The notes beneath the pieces were generated by a model, which worked only from the letters and a program-made list of their open reading frames with translations, did no database searches and was not told where the DNA came from. The position numbers were made by a program, and so were the translations under genes. Source: the human T2T-CHM13v2.0 reference genome, Homo sapiens. From it: a stretch of DNA of 64,000 nucleotides. This document shows, piece by piece, positions 52,461-64,000 of the stretch. The DNA is taken from NCBI RefSeq assembly GCF_009914755.1, contig NC_060933.1, one strand, 5' to 3'. Numbering within the stretch: the first letter of the stretch is position 1; each line of letters starts with the position of its first letter.

Positions 52461-55262
52461 CCTCCACCCAGTGGACAGGTTAGTTGGAGTTTCTCCAGGG
52501 AACCCCTCCACCTGGCTGTCTCATTACCCTCTCTAAAGAAGTACATCTAACTGCTGTTAGATTAAGGACAAAGACTGATCTTAACTGCTTCCTGTGACAG
52601 AGGGCACTGTTTTGGGAAACAGCAATCAAAGTTCCCTCAGAGGCCTATTTAAGGGTTCCCAGCAGAAGGGGCCATCGTCAGAGGCTCCGGTTGCATGATT
52701 GCTTGGAGTTTGATGGCCTGAAGGCAAGAACAGACAAACTGGGTTATTAGAAAACATGTATAAAATGAAATAAGGGGAGGGGTAAGGATTCCGTGGCCTT
52801 TTACCAGCTTTCAGAGAGAGGGAGGCCAAAAGCCTGACTGGCAGAGAAACTTTACCCTTTCGCTGGCATGTTGGGCTTCTGGGTTCTCTTCCCCTGAGTC
52901 CAATCCTAAGCCAACCAGTTTAAGGTTTGGGAAATTAACTTTTTCCAGTTTGGAGGACACATCTGAGGTGAGTGTCCTGGAGGCACAATTGCCTATCTGT
53001 GAAAAGAGGACAGAGGAGAAGAAAGGAAAAAAAGAAGGCTTTTTTTTTCAAAGGAGTCTCAGGGTTCAGGATGCATTCAAAAGAGGTACAGACTGAAGAT
53101 GAATGGCTACCCATCTAGAAAGAGGGAAGCAGGTATCCCTGGTTTCCTTCTCCTCCTAGCAGATACCCAAGGTACATGAGGGAGGGAAGGAAGAGCGTCC
53201 TCTTTCCCTCTTCCATCCTTGCATCCCTGAATCCCGGTGACCTTGGCAGGTCCCACCATGATTGCCAAAGCAGCTTGCACCCATGAAGCAGGGGGTTCCT
53301 AGAGAATAGGAATTATCCAATCTCATGTATGCCTCTATTCACCCTACTATCAGTAGCCTTGGAGTTCCCTAGATCTCATTTATGCCATGGATATTAACGT
53401 GGCCTTTATCCATGAAACAGGAAGCTTGGGCTTGGCTTAATTGGCAGGAATCAGCCATGCTTACCTGCGCTGTGCCTTTTAACCTCTGTTGTCATTTGGC
53501 TCTGGATCCATTAGATCCAGTTTTCTTTCATAGGGCTTTGACCCAAAGCTTGGAATTGAGTTTGGGACAAAAATATGTCTCGGGGGGTTGCATGGACTCC
53601 TTGTCATAAACCAAATGCTAAGATGAAACTGTGGAACTATGCTAAGATGAAACTGTGGAACTAAGTCCTCCTCCAACAACGGACAGGAAAGAATGTCTTG
53701 TGACACAACCAGATAACTGGTGGCTATAGTTATGCTTGCTAAGATTTGGGTGCATGGTGTTTCACTTTGGTTAGCTCCCTTGGTCTTACTTTCCCAAAAA
53801 GGAAACCTCCGAGTGTTGGGTATCCTATTTATTCCCATCACCTTGCAGGATTTGCAGGATAATTGCTCAACTAGAATACTGATTCAGATTTTAACATTAC
53901 CCATCCCTTTTGTTCTTTTTGAGCTGCAGCCAGGGATTGCTGGTTGGTTCACAGGGGCAAGCAGGGTTTAAAAACAAGTAATGAGTTTAGAATTTAATGA
54001 TAAATGTATGATAAGTTTTGAAACATGATTTCTCTCTCTCCAGTCCTCATTTTTGTTAAAAAATCATCATAGGACTGAATGGTTTTCAGAACAGACCTTA
54101 GTCTTATACTTGGTCTGATTATTTGCATAAAGTGTGGCAAGAATAATTATTTCTACATAGGCCTTTTGGAGTGGCTTTGATGGAAGTTTCTTCTACAAGT
54201 AATCTCAGATAATACCTTTTAAAGTTGAGCCCAACCAAGGGTTTGTATCCTCAAACATCTGTGAATTCAGTGATCCTTTCCTGTTAAGGTCCCAAAATAA
54301 ACTTGGAGCTCCTGAACCTGTTAGAAAGTGACATTCTTTACTGACCACAGGTCAGGAACCCTGTATAGGGAATGGATAGACAAAGGTATGAGGCCAGTTT
54401 CCCCAATGAGCTTTTATTGGCTCTGCAAGTTGAGATTGACTCCTTAAAGAGAAGCAAATCCTTCCAGTCAAAGCCTTGGTAAAATAACCACTTTCTCCAA
54501 TTGTGTTCTGTTGCAAAAGAAAAATGAATTCTTATTGCACTGATGCAAACAACTATATTGCCATAAGAATACTCACAGATAGTTTCCAAATTCTAGAGGA
54601 ACCGGGCAGAGAGAAACAAACATGCTCCAAATTTTGATCACAGGAGTGTATACCTTACTTAATTATTAAAGGCCATAAATAGTTCAAAATAAGTTTCCTT
54701 GACTCTGAAAAACAAAACAAGGATCAGTAATATTCCAAGCAAAAGTAAAAAAAAAATTTGCTTAAGGCTGGGCGCAGTGGCTCACACGTGTAATCCCAGC
54801 ATTTTTGGGAGGCCCAGGCAGGCAGATCACTTGAAGTCAGGAATTTGAGACCAGCCAGGCCAACATGGAGAACCTCATCTCTATTAAAAATACAAAATTT
54901 AGCCAGGCATGGTGGCACAAGTCTGTACTCTCAGCTACTCAGGAGGCTGAGGGAGGCGAATCACTTGAAACCAGGAGGTGAAGGTTGCAGTGAGCCGAGA
55001 CCCACCACTGCACTCCAGCCTCAGTGACAGAGCTAGACTCCGTCTCAAAAAAAAAAAAAAAGGTTTGCTTCAGCTTCCTGAGTTAGTCCATTTAGATAAA
55101 TCTTGTTTTCCCTGATATTCATGAATATTTCTGCTCTTTATGAGTCCTGTACATTTTCCTTTATTCCAATGTTACAATCTCTAAAGTTATCAGAAGCCTG
55201 TATGTGAGAGCACCTGTTAAAGTTCTATAGCTTATTATAAACCATCTTTGAAAGGATTAAAA
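52461..55262 (-). mobile_element. ERV1 (MER4-group / HUERS-P3-like) internal sequence; resumes 63525-64000 after the L1 insertion; contains an AluS at 54766-55061 (+)
   Basis: Non-coding MER4-group internal-like text; continuity across the L1 TSD aaaggattaaaa. Confidence 0.55.
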
Positions 55263-57327
55263 GGTTTTTCTCCAAGATGGCTGAATAGGAACAGCTCCAG
55301 TCTACAGCTCCCAGCGTGAGTGACGCAGAAGACAGGTGATTTCTGCATTTCCAACTGAGGTACCGGGTTCATCTCACTGGGGCTCGTTGGACAGTGGGTG
55401 CAGGACAGTGAGTGCAGCGCACTGAGCATGAGCTGAAGCAGGGCAAAGCATCGCCTCACCCAGGAAGCACAAGGGGTCAGGGAATTCCCTTTCATAGCCA
55501 AGCAAAGCTGTGACAGACGGCGCCTGGAAAATCAGGTGACTCCCACCCTAATACTGCACTTTTCCAATGGTCTTAGCAAATGGCACACCAGGAGATTATA
55601 TCCCGCACATGGCTTGGAGGGTCCCACACGCACAGAGCCTCACTCATTGCTAGCACAGCAGTCTGAGATCGAACTGCAAGGCAGCAGCGAGGCTGGGGGA
55701 AGGGCGTCGGCCATTGCTGAGGCTTGAGTAGGTAAACAAAGCATCTGGGAAGCTTGAACTGGGTGGAGCCCACCACAGCTCAAGGAGACCTGCCTGCCTC
55801 TGTAGACTCTACCTCTGGGGGCAGGGCACAGCTGAACAAAAGGCAGCAGAAACTTCTGCAGACTTAAACTTCCCTGTCTGACAGCTTTGAAGAGAGTAGT
55901 GGTTCTCCCAGCGCGCAGCTTGAGATCTGAGAATGGACAGACTGCCTCCTCAGGTGGGTCCCTGACCCCTGAGTATCCTATCTGGGAGGCACCTCCCAGT
56001 AGGGGCAGACTGACACCTCACATGGCCGGGTACCCCTCTGAGACGAAACCTCCAGAGGAACAATCAGACAGCAACATTTGCTGTTCAGCAATATTCGCTG
56101 TTCTGCAGCCTCTGCTGCTGATAACCAGGCAAACAGGGTCTGGAGTGGACCTCCAGCAAACTCCAACACACCTGCAGCTGAGGGTCCTGACTGTTAGAAG
56201 GTAAACTAATAAACAGAAAGGATATCCACACCAAAATCCCATCTGTACGTCACCATCATCAAAGACCAAAGGTAGATAAAGCCACAAAGAGGGGAAAAAA
56301 CAGAACAGAAAAACAAAATTCTAAAAATCAGAGCGCCTCTCCTCCTCCAAAGGAATGCAGCTCCTCACCAGCAATGGAACAAAGCTGGACGGAGAATGAC
56401 TTTGACGAGTTGAGAGAAGAAGGCTTCAGATGATCAAACTTCTCCGAGCTAAAGGAGGAAGTTTGAACCCATCACAGAGAAGTTAAAAACCTTGAAAAAA
56501 GATTAGACTAATGGCTAACTAGAATAACCAATGCAGAGAAGTCCTTAAAAGACCTGATGGAGCTGAAAACCACGGCACAAGGATACGTGATGAATGCACA
56601 AGCTTCAGTAGCCGATTTGATCAACTGGAAGAAAGGGTATCAGTGATGGAAGATCAAATGAATGAAATGAAGCGAGAAGTTTAGAGAAAAAAGAATAAAA
56701 AGAAATGAACAAAACCTCCAAGAAATATGGGACTATGTGAAAAGACCAAATCTACGTCTGATTGCTGTACCTGAAAGTGACGGGGAGAATGGAACCAAGC
56801 TGGTAAACATTCTGCAGGATATTATCCAGGAGAACTTCCCCAATCTAGCAAGGCAGGCCAACATTCAAATTCAGGAAATACAGAGAACGCCACAAGGATA
56901 CTCCTTGAGAAGAGCAACTCCAAGACACAGAATTGTCAGATTCACCAAAGTTGAAATGAAGGAAAAAATGTTAAGGGCAGCCAGAGAGAAAGGTTGGGTT
57001 ACCCAAAAAGGGAAGCCCATCAGACTAACAACTGATCTCTCGGCAGAAACTCTACAAGCCAGAAGAGAGTGGGGGCAATTTTCAACATTCTAAAAGAAAA
57101 GAATTTTCAACCCAGAATTTCATATCCAGCCAAACTAAACTTCATACATGAAGGAGAAATAAAATCCTCTACAGACAAGCAAATGCTGAGAGATTTTGTC
57201 ACCACCAGGCCTGCCCTAAAAGAGCTCCTAAAGGAAGCACTAAACATGGAAAGGAACAACTGGTATGAGCCACTGCAAAAACGTGCCAAATTATAAAGAC
57301 CATCAATGCTAGGAAGAAACTGCATCA
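55263..57327 (+). mobile_element. L1PA 5' segment A (5' UTR plus decayed ORF1, ending in the inter-ORF spacer)
   Basis: tccaagatggctgaataggaacagctcc; ORF1 pieces 56737-57093 and 57069-57296; ends aagaaactgcatca. Confidence 0.93.
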
Positions 57328-63512
<6,185 letters not shown>

Positions 63513-63524
63513 AAAGGATTAAAA

Positions 63525-64000
63525 CAAGACAAAAATTGTCTGTGAATAGGAAAATATCCAGCATAGTTACAGTGAGAAAAAAAATTGACTAAGAAGTTTG
63601 GTTGTCTCCATGGCTTACAATAACTTAACATAAAAACCTTAATTATGATCAATAGCATATACTCAGACATTAGAATTTTAGAAATCCCATACAATTTTGG
63701 AACATATATTAGCATTATTCAGCAAGATATAACCTAAAGAAGATTGAGCATCATTTTGGCAATCCCATGTACCTAGACATGTTGAATAATCCTTTTTATG
63801 TCTCTTTTCTGGACACTTCAAGGGCCTTCTGATGTATTCAAAAAGCCAGGTGCCAGGGAAGACAATTTTGTAACTGAAGTTTTATTTTGGGAAGGCTGTT
63901 AAATGTTCGAGGTTTAAAACACTTGGTATTATGAAATAGAATTCCAGACTACCATAAGTTATTTATTTTGCCAAAATGATGACTCAGAAATTTTAAAGAA
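63525..64000 (-). mobile_element. ERV1 internal sequence, continued
   Basis: Follows the 3' TSD; same character as the sequence before 55251. Confidence 0.5.

Noticed and set aside
51834-52483. Overlapping 168-aa and 189-aa ORFs
   Set aside because: MaLR internal sequence, which commonly yields such spurious ORFs.

Overview
Primate genomic DNA, almost certainly human because it carries a human-type AluYa5. It contains one protein-coding gene, the testis retrogene TPD52L3 (tumor protein D55; CDS 9660-10082, with two alternative spliced 3' exons at 11246 and 12040). The rest is mostly transposable elements: several L1s, ~25 Alus, MaLR/ERV1/ERVL LTR elements, MIR and L2. The main observation is that the 140-aa TPD52L3 ORF looks like the middle of a larger ~245-aa ancestral ORF (9492-10230) broken by two lesions. 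The first is a TAA at 9594-9596 inside a 21-bp (7-aa) repeat array that amplifies the TPD52L2 N-terminus (MDSAGQD). The second is a +1 frameshift near 10065-10068 that cuts off a 53-aa tail built of 30-bp (10-aa) repeats. Other notable structures: an AluYa5 with no target-site duplication (TSD) replacing ~1 kb of L1; two L1s inserted at the same nucleotide of an older L1; an 8.2-kb two-promoter L1-L1 chimera inside a single TSD; a templated repair-like insertion; a perfect 136-bp tandem duplication; and an ancient two-LTR ERVL remnant. Repeat subfamily names and comparisons with TPD52L2 and L1 consensus come from recall, not database searches.
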